Assembly (NCBI GenBank): GCA_050084985.1
Contig: JBITNC010000002.1
Span: 35,526,001-35,590,000 of the forward strand
Length of the DNA stretch: 64,000 bases
Origin: Nageia nagi
Taxonomy: Eukaryota; Plantae; Pinophyta
Reading direction: 5' to 3'
Shown here: positions 39,607 to 53,050 of the stretch, piece by piece
Numbering within the stretch: position 1 is the first letter of the stretch
How the letters are laid out: the number at the start of each line of letters is the position of its first letter
The notes under the pieces: model-generated
Seen by the model: the letters and a program-made list of their open reading frames with translations, nothing else
What the model was told of the DNA's origin: nothing
Database searches by the model: none
Position numbers and translations under genes: made by a program

Positions 39607-40851
39607 ATTGAAGGGAAACAAGATATAAGACTAAATGCCTAATTACCATTCTACCAAGATCACTTGAAATCTCTCTAAAATATTATCATAATTAATTGCA
39701 TAAATAAGATAGTTAATTTAAAAAAGTTGACACTAATATAAAGTGGTTCTTCTAATCAAGGAAGTTCATCCACTAATCTAAGATCTTATTATTGAAGAAC
39801 ACTCTCTTACAACAACTCTTTATTACTTCTTCTACAACTTAAACAAGAGCATAACTTTGCAACAAACTCGAGTGAGTAATCTCAAGGAAAGGGCCTTTTA
39901 TTTATAAGATAAAATCCTTTCTTGGATCACCCTTTTAACCATTGTATAATATCATGACATGAAGCACCCTTTTACCTAAGGGGCATGCTCATGAGATGGA
40001 GTGTAGAATAAATTACATTATCATATTCATAAATACTTAAAAGGTATCTAGGGATACTTTTAAGTATTAATGAATTTACATTATCATATTCACTAAATAC
40101 TCAAGGTACTTAGGTATACCCTTAATTATTAAGTCAATTATATTAAGAGTCCTTACAATAATGCATTATACATTCCAACAGGATAAGGGTATACTCTTTA
40201 GCGATATAGATTTTGATGTATGTATGGTTAGTGTATTGCATGTAGAAGTCTACATATGCACTAATAGCCTGAATGGTTGCATCAAAAATTTCCTTCACTA
40301 CAAACTCTCATTTTATTTCATTGTATATGGCATACTCCCACTCATTATTCCTTATGTAATAATGCTGGAACTTGTGATACCACCACCTGGGATAAACATT
40401 CCATGCTAAGGTTTCCTTTTTTTCCATTTTCCTTTCATTTGCATGTGACCTAGATCTAAACTTGCCATGTAATAGCAAATACACCAAGTAGGAATTCATG
40501 TAAAATCTTTTAGATGAACCTAAATAAGCTAACTAGTGGTGCAAAGTATCATTAATTACTTTGCTCCACTATATAGCTCTCTTAGAGCTAATCATAGCAA
40601 TGAAGCTAGTAAACTCCTTTCTGTACTTGGTATCATTTTCTTTTATGGTAACTCAAAATAATATAATGATCAATTTGGATATTATGGGAATAAATTCTTC
40701 CCTATGAGCACTAACTAATATTTGGCCTTGAATGCCTTCATAATCATTATATAGCCAATGTCTTATGTAGTCCCCTAGCTTAGTGGTCCTGTCATGGAAT
40801 TCCACATATTGGGTTTTAGTATACTCATATCCATATCTTCTTGTCACACTC

Positions 40852-43800
40852 AAAAAGTAACCCTATTAGCAAACAAGACAAGACATGTTACAACCAACAT
40901 TTTTCTTTATTACTTTCGAGTAGACCTCAATGATACAAATGATGAATCTATTTCGATTCATTGCTGTGAAAAAGGGATTTTTACAAATGAATATTTAGGC
41001 TTTTGTAAGCCTATTTCAATTTTTGCAAGCTTCGAAAACTACTTTTTGAAAACCTACAAAAGAATCTAGATCTCTTTGTTCTCTTAAACTCCTTAAGACT
41101 CTTTATCAGTTCATTTGCTCTGCACCTATGGACCCTACACACATGCTAACAGAAAAGACATAAAACATACCTGTTCATATAATAAAATCAACATAAAATT
41201 AGCATAAACAAGCATATACAATGTAGAATAATAATGCATCTAACTTAGTAAAACCTAAATTTGTTTGTACAAAGTAACTTTGCATTCAAATTGGGTCCCT
41301 TTGCTTCATGGTAGAAGGCTTTATTTATAGATTTTAGAAATAGGTAAAGTTTTCAATTTTGAGATAAAACTCTAGATAGAAAAGCCTATCCAGCTTTTCA
41401 TGGCTATGATCATTATTATAGTAAACTTTTAATTTTTAATTTAATTTTTTCATCTTCCTTCATATGTCAAAGGAAGGGTTATTTTTGGGTGTCTACATTT
41501 TACCCCTAGTTGAATTATCTGCTAGTTTGTAACCAAAGGATAATTCAAAAACTTACCTTTCTGAAGGTGGGTGCATTCAAATTTTTTCATTTGTGTTTTT
41601 GAATTTAGTCAATATTTTGTGTTAACCTATTTTCTATAAATAATCCAAATTTGATTGATTGAATTATGATTAGATTCATTTTTTATCTTTTACATTTGAC
41701 ATGCTTTGAAAGTAGTGTGGTTGTATTATCAAAGCAAAGCTTATCATTATCACTATATTGTGTGCTATTTGTGATAGGTACGTGATGAGTCTCTATGTCA
41801 TCGAATGTATGCCTAAGCTAGCATGTGATAAAGAAGTTTCCTTATGAATACAATATTTTGGTTGTTATGCTTTTCATCCTAGTAGTTAGGTTACATGTTG
41901 ATCTTATGCAAAAATTCATACAATATTTTTAGTCATTTCCAAACCCGTTCTTCTTTTATTTACCAAATGAAGGATTTTTTTTGAATTTGGAATTAATCAT
42001 ACATTTTTAATTTTCCCGAAACACCTAACTTTGGTCAAATTAATAAGTAAAAGACTTGTTCATTTTGTCTTTGACATATTTTTTAGTTTTTAGGATTTTC
42101 CATATATATTGTGTGTGTGTGTGTGTTGTGTGTGTGTTTGTTTAGGGGTGTGAGGCATTAATGATGGTTTTCTTGATATTACCTCATAAGGGACCCAAAG
42201 TACATGTTTTTCATCCAAATTCCTATGCTCGAAGAAAGGTATATATATATATATTATATATATAAACCTAGGCTAAACCTAACTAGGAGGACTCAAGTAT
42301 TTATATATATATATATAATATATTGTTAGTCATTGTTATTTGTGATTTTGATTGATTTTTATTTTTATTTTTTTTAAGCTGGGGTTTTGATTTAAGTCCT
42401 CTAACTTATCATAATGATGTGTACACAAGGGGTAGTTGTGTGCTTGGATTTGAAAATCCATATTCACACTATAATAGTACATATTTATCAAAATTAGCTT
42501 TACCATCTACTCATTATTTTACAACACCCATACCACCAAAAAAACCACCAATTGCTGGAGTAAGTATTATACTAAAAAAGTAACCCTATTAGCAAACATG
42601 ACAAAACATGTTACAACCAACAATTTTCTTTATTGCATCTTGAGTAGATCTCAAAGGATTATGAATGATGAATCTATTTCAATTTTTTGCCTTGCAAAAG
42701 AGCTTTTTATAAAAGAATGTTAAAACTTCTATAGGTTTATTTTCAATGTTTGCAAGCCTCAAATATTATCTTCTAAAACCTACAAAAGAATCTAGATCAC
42801 TCTATTCTTTTCAACTTTTTAAGACTTTTTATGATTAGTTTAGCTACTCTGCACTTGTGGACCCTACACACATGCAGACATAAAAGACATCAAACATACT
42901 TGTTCATATCATAAAACCAACATAAAATAAACATAAATAAGCATATAAAACATATAATAATAATGCATATAACTCAATAAAACTTGGATGTATTTCGATA
43001 GAGTAACTTTGCATTCAAACTGGGCCCCTTTGCTTCATGGTAGAAGGCTTTATTTATAGATTTTTGAAATAGGTAAAGTTTCTAATTTTGAGATAAAAAT
43101 TTGGATAGAAAAGCCTATCCAACTTTGGCATGGCTATAATCCGAAGCAAGGATCATGGGATGGATGATGAGTCATACATTATCCTTTGATTTCTTCCCAA
43201 TAAACTTCAAGATTTTCCATTTTTATTTTACTTTTTCCAACTTTAGAATCATCAACATCTAAGTATTGGATGCCAACATCTGGAATGAGTCGATAGCGTC
43301 CAGGTGTCAAGAGCCAACATTTAGCAGACTATAGTAAACTTATTAATTTACTTTAATTTTTTTATCCTTCTTTCATCTGTTGAAAGAAAGATCATTTTTG
43401 GGTGTTTACATTTTTCCCCTTTTTGAATTATCTACTTATTGTAAGCAATGGATAATTCAAAAACTTACCTTTTTGTAAGGGGGTGCATTCAAGTTTCTTA
43501 ATTTGTATTTTTGAATTTAGTCAATATTTTGGATTAACCTATTCCCTACAAATAAGCCAAATTTGATTGAATTCATTTTTTGATCTTTTACATTTGATGC
43601 ATTTTGGAAGTAGTGTGGTTGTATTATCAAAGCATAACTTATCGGTATCACTATACTGTGTGCTATTTATGGCAAGTACATGATGAGTCTCTATGTCATC
43701 GAACATATGTCAAAGTGAGCATGTGATAAAGAAGTTGCTTTATGAATACAATATTTTGATCATTTAATTTTTCATCATAGTAGTTAGGTTACATGATGAT

Positions 43801-44290
43801 CTTACACAAAAGTTCATACAATATTTTTAGTCATATCTAATCCTGTCCTTCCCTTGTCAAAAGAAGGGTTGTCTTTTAAATTTAAAATTACTCATGGGTT
43901 TTAATTTTTTTTAAGCACTTGACTTTGATCAAATCAATAAGTAAAAAACTTGTTCTTTTAATCTTTGACACATTTTTTTAGTTTTTAGGATTTTTCTTAT
44001 ATATATATATATATGTTTATTTTTAGTGTTGTGAGGCATTAATGATGGTTTTCTTGATATTACCTCACAAAGGACCCAGGGCACACATTTTCCATCTAGA
44101 ATCCTATGTTAGAAGAAAGATCTAAATATTTTTTGGATTTTTTTAATAGAGCTAAGCTATCTCTAACTATAAGAAGGGTTTAAGAGTTTATATTTATTTT
44201 TTGTTGGTTGTTTTCATTTTGTGAATTTTTATTGATTTTTGATTTTTTTTTCCAAGGTGAGGTTTTGATTTAAGTCCCCTAACTTATTTT
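40852..44290. repeat. Duplicated block of 3'UTR + PPT + LTR portion (about 40852-42410 and 42574-44290)
   Basis: Both copies begin aaaagtaaccctattagcaaaca and stay colinear through ttttgatttaagtcc. The second copy has about 190 extra bp (43140-43330). Confidence 0.9.
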
Positions 44291-45552
44291 GATGTTTGAT
44301 TGATGTTTAAATTTGACTTAGTATCTATGAATAATTCAAGTTTGATTGGTCAAAGCATGATCAACTCATGTTCTATTCACTTTTACACCTGATCGTATTT
44401 TGTAAACCATTGTAGTGTATACCAAAACTATGTGCGTATCTATCCTAATATTGTGTGCTATTCGTGGTAGGTATGTGACAATGCTTGGCTCTGTCTACAT
44501 ATGCTAGAGTTAGTATGAGAAATTACAGGTTTCAAGTATACATGTACACCAAAACTATGCTTGTGTCTATGTCAATACTATGTCTGCTATTTATGGCAAA
44601 TATGTGATGATGCTTGGTTTGTCTTTGTATGTTGAAGCTAGTATGATATAGATTATGAGTTTTGAGTATACAGTTCTTTTTATTTTGCTAGCTTCCATCC
44701 CATCAGATAGGGTACATGATGATCTTATGTAGAAGGTCATATCAATTTTGTTGATCATGTTCAATTTTTTTGAATTGAAACTATTCATGAAATTTGATTT
44801 CTTCTAAACATGTGACTTAGGTTGCTTTACCAAGTAGGGGTGTTATTCATTTTTCAATGTATTTATTGTTGTTTTGATGACAAACCAAAAGGAGGGCTTA
44901 TGATTTTGTATTTTGTATTTTTTATTTTTACATTTTAGATTGATTTTTTTTTTGTGATCATCGATGTCTAGTTCGATTACCGACATTCCATATGAGTTGC
45001 CTACATCCACGCTAAAATCATTGAGGTTCGAAAGCATGGGTTAAATAAAAGAAAAAAGGGACCTATCACTTTCTCATATTTTCCTTGTGACTTTCTAGAG
45101 CTCTTATCATTTTCTTACCCCTTTGGTCATGGTTCACCAACCTTTTAGACATCTTGTCACATTCTGTGGGCCAGCATACCATCGAGGAGGAGACCAATTA
45201 TCTGAATGAGGTCAATTAGAGAGGAGGTAGGGTTTTAAAAATCCCTTTTTTATTTTTTTACTTATTATGGTAATTTTTAGGCTTAATTTAATAAATGAAC
45301 AACGTAGGAATTACCATTTTCTCATTTTAAGGATTTTTGATCACTAGGATTTTGCATTTTTCTTAGATTTAAGTGTTTTTAAGAATTTTGTAAAGTTTTG
45401 ATCATGATTATCAACTAGAGCCAAAGGATTACATGATCATTAGCACTTAGCTAGTGGACATCAATGACTCTACAACTTGGTCTCCCAATTTTCGATGTTT
45501 AACCTTAAATAAATTTTTTTTTTAGACTTAGCTTAGTTACATTGCTTCTTAG

Positions 45553-47420
45553 GTTCAAGATGTCTTCGAGCCTAGAGGATGTTATCCCACCATACTACAA
45601 GAGGGGCACCCATTTATTATCATTATAGACCATACTTTCTTTCAACGTGTGGGTTTTGGGGCTGGACCCTACATGGATCATATCCATTGGGAGTATCCTC
45701 TTTTAATTACTTTTCTTAAGAGGTGGGACTCCACCACTTCTACCTTTCATCTCCCAATAAGGGAGATGACTATTATAGTGGAGGATATTAACCATTTGTA
45801 TCAATTACCCATTTATGGTCAATGTATTCAACACACGATTGATAGGGATGATGCTCTACTGACCATTTCCTATTTGTATGGGCCGATAGAGTGGATATGA
45901 TTGTATTTAATATCAACTCAGGGGACATTAAATAATATCAATATTGGTAGGATGATCAATAGGGGAGCATCAAGTTCTCCTTCTTGATGGGTATGATTCA
46001 ATGTTATACCTTACTTGATATTGGAAGTGGTGGATTTTTATGGTTATTGTTAACTATTTTTGTAGATATGATTCAACATGGCACAATGTATGCTTGGGTA
46101 CCTACCTTGTTGGCACAATGTTACAAAGAGTTATTTTTCTACTCATATGATCATAGAGCCTTATTATCAATGAACATTACTACTCATTCTTGGCATATGA
46201 ACACATTACAATGGCTCATACTCTTGGAATTACTATTCTTGGTTTTACCAACCATATGGAGTATCCTGTTGGCATTATGAGGTGGAGGGATGATTTTTAT
46301 ATTCATTCGATAGATAGCATTCATAGGGATGTTCATTTTTTTCTCATTATGCTTACTTGATTGGTTCCAGATCATGTTAGATTTAGGCCTTACCATTTAT
46401 ATCTAGCATGGGATGAGATTGAGGCTCGAGCTTACATGCATTACATAGGGTAGGGTTCTTAGTGGCTGATGAACCAAGTTTCTAGAGTACTTTTAGTTTG
46501 ATTGTGTCAGGTGCCAATTCCCAATTATGTAGGATGCCCCTCTAAATCATGTTAGATATTAGCAAAAGGGTAATCTCCCTATTTAGGATCTTCTAAATAT
46601 GATTTATGTAAAGCTCGATCATACTCAGGAGGAGGATATTGATGAGGAGATTGCAAATGATGATGTGGGTTTCACCAAGGTTTTTCTTCGTAGTGGAAGG
46701 TTGAGAAGGAGGAGAGAGATGAGGGGGATCAAGATATATAAGTACATTAGCACATAAAGGATACTGGGGTTGGACTTGGTGTAGTTGAGGGTTAAGATAT
46801 TAAGATGGGACTTGAGGGGGACATTCTAAAGGTGGATGTATAGGGTGAGAAGGATATTCCTCATGTTGAAGAGACTCGAGTGGTAGAGACAAGAGAGGGA
46901 GATACAGAGGAGAAGGTTCTTGCCCTATAGGTTATTAGCATCAATGTAATATAGGGTGAGATCTCAAAGCTCAAGGTTTTATTATCTCATTCTTGATCAT
47001 TACTCAACCAATATCATGGAGGTAATGAGTTTGTGCATGTTTAGCTAGAGAAGTATAAACATTTTGATGAGGATAGGCTTAGGTATAGAGCTAAGTGTGA
47101 TCATTATAAGAAGAAGAGAGAATTTAGACCTTGCAACAATAGGTTGAGACAACAAACACATTAGCAGGCACAAAGAGACAATCTTCCTCTTTTATTAGGT
47201 AAATTTATAGACAACAAGATTACTACCATGGAGTCATTGATAATTGGTTGGTGGGTATTCCTACATATGCACCTAGAGTTAACTATCATATTCCTATAGC
47301 TATAACTAATGGGGTACAATGTGCTTCTAGTGTGTAGAGAGGCCAGGATAGGGATGCAACTTCTCATAGCAGGAGTGTGACTGCTACTTCTTCTCATCAT
47401 CATCTAGGATTAGCTAAACT
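45553..47420 (+). pseudogene. Plant mobile domain (PMD) accessory ORF, antisense to Ogre gag-pol
   Basis: PLLITFLKRWDSTTSTFHLPIREMTIIVEDINHLYQLPIYG (PMD consensus LVERWxxETHTFHLPxGEMTITLEDV...LPIxG) and YAWVPTLLAQCYKEL (consensus YxWGxAxLAxLYxxL). An acidic and coiled-coil tail follows. Multiple stops. Confidence 0.9.
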
Positions 47421-50400
47421 ACAAGCTACAAAATGAGAGAGGAGCATAGTATTACTACCAAAAAAGGGATTTGAATCCTTTTTTACATATAAACTCTTTA
47501 TTATTATTTTTTATATTTTTCCAATTTTTTTGATGCAAAAAAGGATGCAAACTACATGCCATAATTTGCATTATTTTTTATATTATTTTTTGGCCACTTG
47601 TTGCATCCTTAAAGCCACTTTTTATGTTTAATTTTTATAATTTGTATCAATTTTTATGTCATTTTTCAAAATAAAATATCATAGAATCATAGATCTTTTA
47701 ATTCTATGTGATTTAAAAAAATGGGCTCAAAATGATATCTAGATCAAAAGTTACAACCTCTACAAGGTACATCATTTTTATTACATATTTGAGGCAATGA
47801 TATAGGTTCATTAAACCAATTCAAGAATGGGGTTAGTAGTTTAGGTTTAAAAATTTAAATTTATTATATATTATTTTTCTAAATAATACAATAAGGTTTT
47901 TAATGCCTACTTCTTTATCAATCTTTGAAGGAGTTTTCTTTTCTGCAACTATGGGCTTATTCTCTTTTTTCTTGTCTTAAAGTATGAAGTTTTTTTTCTT
48001 CTATGGGCTTATTCTCTATGGAGTTCTTGTCTACCTTAGACACCATAGCTATGATCAAAACCTGAAAAACAAAGGAAGAAAAAAATTAGCTAAAGTGTAT
48101 GAAATGTAAGGATTATAGGGAGGGTTTATTGATATATATATAGATAGGAGAGGGTATTTGGCTATTGGTTAATCACTTTTGGTATATATGGAGGATCAAA
48201 TGAAAATGAACCATCGATTGATCGATTGATGAATAGGTAAAATTTGTTTTATGTTTTTGTTAGTGAAATGTGACACAAACATTGCATCAAAATTTGCATC
48301 GAAAGTTTAACAAGTCTACAAATAAATGGATTAAAATAGACATTAATCATAGTCCTCCATATGAAATTTGGTCTAGAAAGTAGGCAGATGAGATTTTGGA
48401 GAAAATATTCATTAGGTATGTTATGAATCATGTAATTTACCCAACATGATTTATGATCAAGATAGAGGTACACCAAAAAGGAATATTTTAGAATATCGTA
48501 AGCACAATCAAATATATCTAATAGAATCGATAATGATTTCATAAATGGAATTTTATGTTGAACACCATCAGGAAAATAAAAAAAGTGATCTATATCTACA
48601 TGCAATGATAGGACCTAACTCTCTACATGGTCACTCAGGAATGTACATGGTGAATGTGAGATGTAAAGGGAAGATAATTACCAAGGAGTAGGTGGAATAT
48701 AATATGGATGGGATACCTCTTGATTGGTGGGTTTACATACATAATGGGGTTGAATCATGATGCTTGTGTTTGGGATGCAATCAACCACTTGCAACATTAT
48801 ATGCAAATTTTATAAATTGCATAAAAGTTTCTAGAGACACAACATATATAAAGCTTTTATTTGCATGAAAATAATTAATAGGCATGCAAAGATAAAACAC
48901 TATATATACAACCTGCACATATGTACATGATATATATTTTTATTTATTTTTTACATTTTTTGATATTTTTGTTATTTTTGTTATGTTATTTTATGTTTAT
49001 AATATATTTTATGGTTTTTTATAATGGAAGGTGATTTACAACCCTTGCATGATGTTGGTAAATAGTCCTCCTATTAATAACCCAATGCATATGATCTAAG
49101 AAGTAATAGGAAGGAAGTCACAATCAAAGGTGAATAGGACCTTCTCCTAGAATAGATGGTTGGGAATGAATGGGATATGAAACGAGTGGTGGGATTGGTG
49201 GTTTTGGTTTTGGTTTAAACTTTCTTATGAATATCCTAAGTTTTATATATGAAATTGAAGGTTTAGTATGTACCTCGTGAAGCATAAAAAAGGAAGGTAT
49301 GTATGTAGGATGTAGTGAAATGAGAGGTGGTGGAATCGGTAGTAATGGAGGAGTCCATGATGGAAAGTATGGAGTGAGGCTCCCTACAAAAACACCAAAA
49401 ATCTTATTATCAATGATATTGTAGTAGTGTACCTATCCAATATTTTTTTATTTGTTTTCTCTCATCTATATGTTGATTAATTTGTTCAAATTGTGCTTTC
49501 ACATTCAAGGGATTGTTCATGCAACAACTATTACTAAAAAATGAACTATAATTACATACAATTTCATTTTTTAGAAAAAATGGTGTGAAGTATGACAATA
49601 CTAGATTAGAAACAACTAAATTCAAAATAAGAGGATATCCCATAAATTTTATATGAACATATTCAATGTAATCTATCATAATTTTGGGTTTTTCATAAGG
49701 CCAATGTAGACAGAACCATTGTAATGGAGCTCATTTTGGATTCTTGTTCCATCCACATATCTTGGGCCTTTACTTTAATTGCAACTTTTAAACTATTTAT
49801 TTTCATTTCCCATGAGTGTGATGTATGATTTTCAAAGAATTTCATGGCTATTTCTAATTGTACTTCTTTAGGTAAGTCAAGAAAATATGCGATAAGTGCA
49901 TAAGGAGTTTTTCAAAGTAATTGTATATAAACATCTCCTTTATATCTATCTATGAAATTTTAATCAATAAAATCAAACCCAACATTTTCTTTCTTAGGAA
50001 TTTCTAACCTTTTGGTTATCACTATTTTTTCATGATGGTTAGAGGATGAAGAGGATATGAATCTTGATTTTATTGAGAAAATTATTTATTGATATTTCTT
50101 TAAAGTTTTTTTTGATTTCCTAGGTCTAGGTAAAAATGAAGGAGAAAAATCATATATTAACTTTTGATGGCATAAATCTCCCATGATCTAATTCATCCAA
50201 GTAATGATTGGGTATAAGCTTTGCAGATCTTGGGATGCAACATCTAGAATCTAATCATTAAAAGTATATTCAAGAATAAGTTTAGTTGTTGCAGTAGGGC
50301 AATACATGCATAGTAAATTTATTTTATATACTTGCTCATAATAATAATAATAATAACCTTGAAAACACATGGCCCTATCTAGATAAATTTTAATATTTTC

Positions 50401-50839
50401 TCCTTAAAACATATTTTCTAATCATCAAATGTACCTGAACAATGTCGTAAGGCTAGATCCCTCTATATGTCAATGGGTAATCAAAATACATTTTGTGCTC
50501 CTTGAAAAGTGAATTTAGTGAGTTTGGATATGGCTCTGTCTCCCAAATATCTAGACTTCTCAAACCATGGTCCTTTCTTTATTTCTTTTCTTTCCAATGG
50601 CACATGAACACTCTTGATTCTCTTGATTGTCATATACTAAATTCATTCATTTTTATTAGTTCATTGTAAGGCTTTTATTATTTTATATATGAATATTTAC
50701 AATATACACATAAATAAAACAAAGCAATTTTAACTATAAAAGGGATGAAGATGCATGATATTTATTGATTCACACTCTTCATTACCTTCTAATTCAACTA
50801 AATGATATGCTTCTGACCTAAATTTTCTCTTAACCATAT

Positions 50840-52040
50840 AAGGTCTTAACAAATTAGGGGAAACTTTTCCTTGAAGCTACCTTTCCATTTGTGAAGTTTG
50901 TTGGTTTTCCTTTAATACTAGGTCTCCTATATTAAATTTGTGAATTTGAACTCTTTTATCAAAAGCTTGTTTAATGAGAATTTGATAGGTTCACATGTAT
51001 TCTAAGGCATTAACTCTTCTCTTGTATAAGAGAAATAATTGATCTAATCTCATTTTATGAGCTTCTTCATTTGTGATATAGTCTTGTAAAGTAATTCACA
51101 AAGATGAGATTTCTATCTCTAAGGGTAACACTGCTTCTTCCCCATAGACTAGAGAAAATGGGGTTGCCCTAGTGGGATTTTGAATGCTAGTATGATAAGC
51201 CCATAAAGCATGTGGAATATTTGCATGCTAATCTCTATGAGAGATATCTACTATTTTAAGCATAATACTTCTAATAGTTTTATTTCTGGACTCTACTTGT
51301 CCATTCCCCTAGGGTAATATGGTGTTGAAAAACTAATTCAAATATGATATCCTTTGCATAAAGCTAATACTTCTTTATTTTTGAAATTATTTTAGTTATC
51401 TATGATAATTTGAGCTAGAATCCCAAAACAATAAATGATATGATGCTCTATGAATTCTACTATATTTGGTCCTTTTATTGAGCTCATAAGAGTAGCTTCA
51501 ACCCACTTTGTGAAGTATTTGTAGTTGTTATTATAAATTTATGACATTATAAAGAAATAGGGGATATTTGGCCTATTAGATCCAACACCCATCTTGAAAA
51601 TGGCCATAATGATTGCATGGATTGTAATGCTTATGACAGTTGATTAAATAAATTGGAATGTTGTTGTATTTAACATATTTTTTAATGCATTCCATGCAAT
51701 CATGCTCCATGGTGGGCCAATGATATCCCATACACATTATTCATTTCATTATTGTAGGACCACTAAAATGACCTCCACATATTCCATCATGTGTGCATGA
51801 GATTGTAATTTGTGAATCCACCCATTCTAAGCATCTAAGTAGTATTCCATCAAAACCTCTATGATATAGGACATCCCCTAGCATACAAAAATGAGAAGCT
51901 TTTAATTTAAATGCTTTCCTAGCTAATTTTGTTAAATTAATAGGTAATATTCCATATCTTATGAATTTCACCAGTTGGATATGCCATAGATTCTTATATT
52001 CCATTGTAATATCAAGAACCACATGTTCTACTATAGCCAT
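50840..52040 (-). pseudogene. Ogre/Tat integrase, decayed
   Basis: LYHRGFDGILLRCL...HDGICGGHFSG (ORF 51741-52040), GNGQVESRNKTI near 51290 and ATPFSLVYGEEAVLPLEIEI near 51150. Confidence 0.9.
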
Positions 52041-52149
52041 TTCTAAGGAGGATTGAGTAATTTGGATGATCTCGATGTGACTGGTTTAGTGATAGGGGTT
52101 TTTAGGTATCAAATATTTGATTAAAGCCACAACATTGATGAATCTATTA

Positions 52150-53050
52150 GTTAACCATTGTATTGCTTCTAAATTATATTTTTCAAATGATTATAGCATA
52201 TTATCCACCAATTTTTTGTACTTTTTAGTACAAGTTATTTACATTGAAAAATTCCTTTAACCTAGGTTACAATCAGTAAAAAATCACTAATGAATTTAAC
52301 CATTTTTAGTTTTAAATAATGGCTATTTTTATGGTTAATATCATAGCTTCATACTTAGCATTGTTATTCATGCATGGAAAATTGAGTTAAAAAAATAAAG
52401 TATGGGAACACCTTGAGATGTAACAAACACAATGCCTGCACCTCCACTTTTTTCACATCTTGATCCATAAAAATATATCACCATATCCCAATATTATTTA
52501 GGATTAATGGGGAATTATATCTCATCTAATCAAAAAATATGTTCATTTGGTAGTTCAATGATGAGTGGTTTATCATCATATAATGGTGCTTCTACAAGAT
52601 AATCAGATCCATAAGAGAATAATGATGAATTTCATGTCTAGCACTAAAATCAACCAAGCTATATATGTTTGGTAGTGAAAAATCATCCTTATGGAAATAT
52701 TTATTCAAGTATCTAAATTCTGTACATATGTGAATCTTTCCATTATAATTTTTAATTAGTACCATGTTAGAAATCCAGTTAGAATAATCAATGGGGTGGA
52801 TGAACTTGGCTTCTAAATTTTTTTGTAACTCTTATTTCATCATCAATGCTATTGTTGGATGCATTTTACATAATTTATTTTTAATAGGTTTAACATCCTC
52901 CTTAATACCTAGGTTATGTACCACCACATTGGGATCCAATCCCAACATATCAGCATATGACCATGTAAATATGCTTTTCATTTCTTTAAGTATAGATACA
53001 ATTATAGCCTCTTGTTTTTAGCTTGTCATATTCTTAGTTGAATAATATTT
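52150..53050 (-). pseudogene. RT N-terminus joined by deletion to the archaeal-type RNase H region
   Basis: FTWSYADMLGLDPNVVVHNL...IDYSNWISNMV...KDDFSLPNI is followed directly by DYLVEAPL, then GAGIVFVTSQG and FPCMNNNAKYEA. Confidence 0.85.

Larger units (their letters stand above)
37930..40180 (-). mobile_element. Copia-family element A: 5' LTR, PBS and long leader, no coding region seen
   Basis: LTR 39609-40180 (TG...CA) is homologous to 57841-58334. Leader 38250-38760 is colinear with 62640-63190. Confidence 0.8.
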
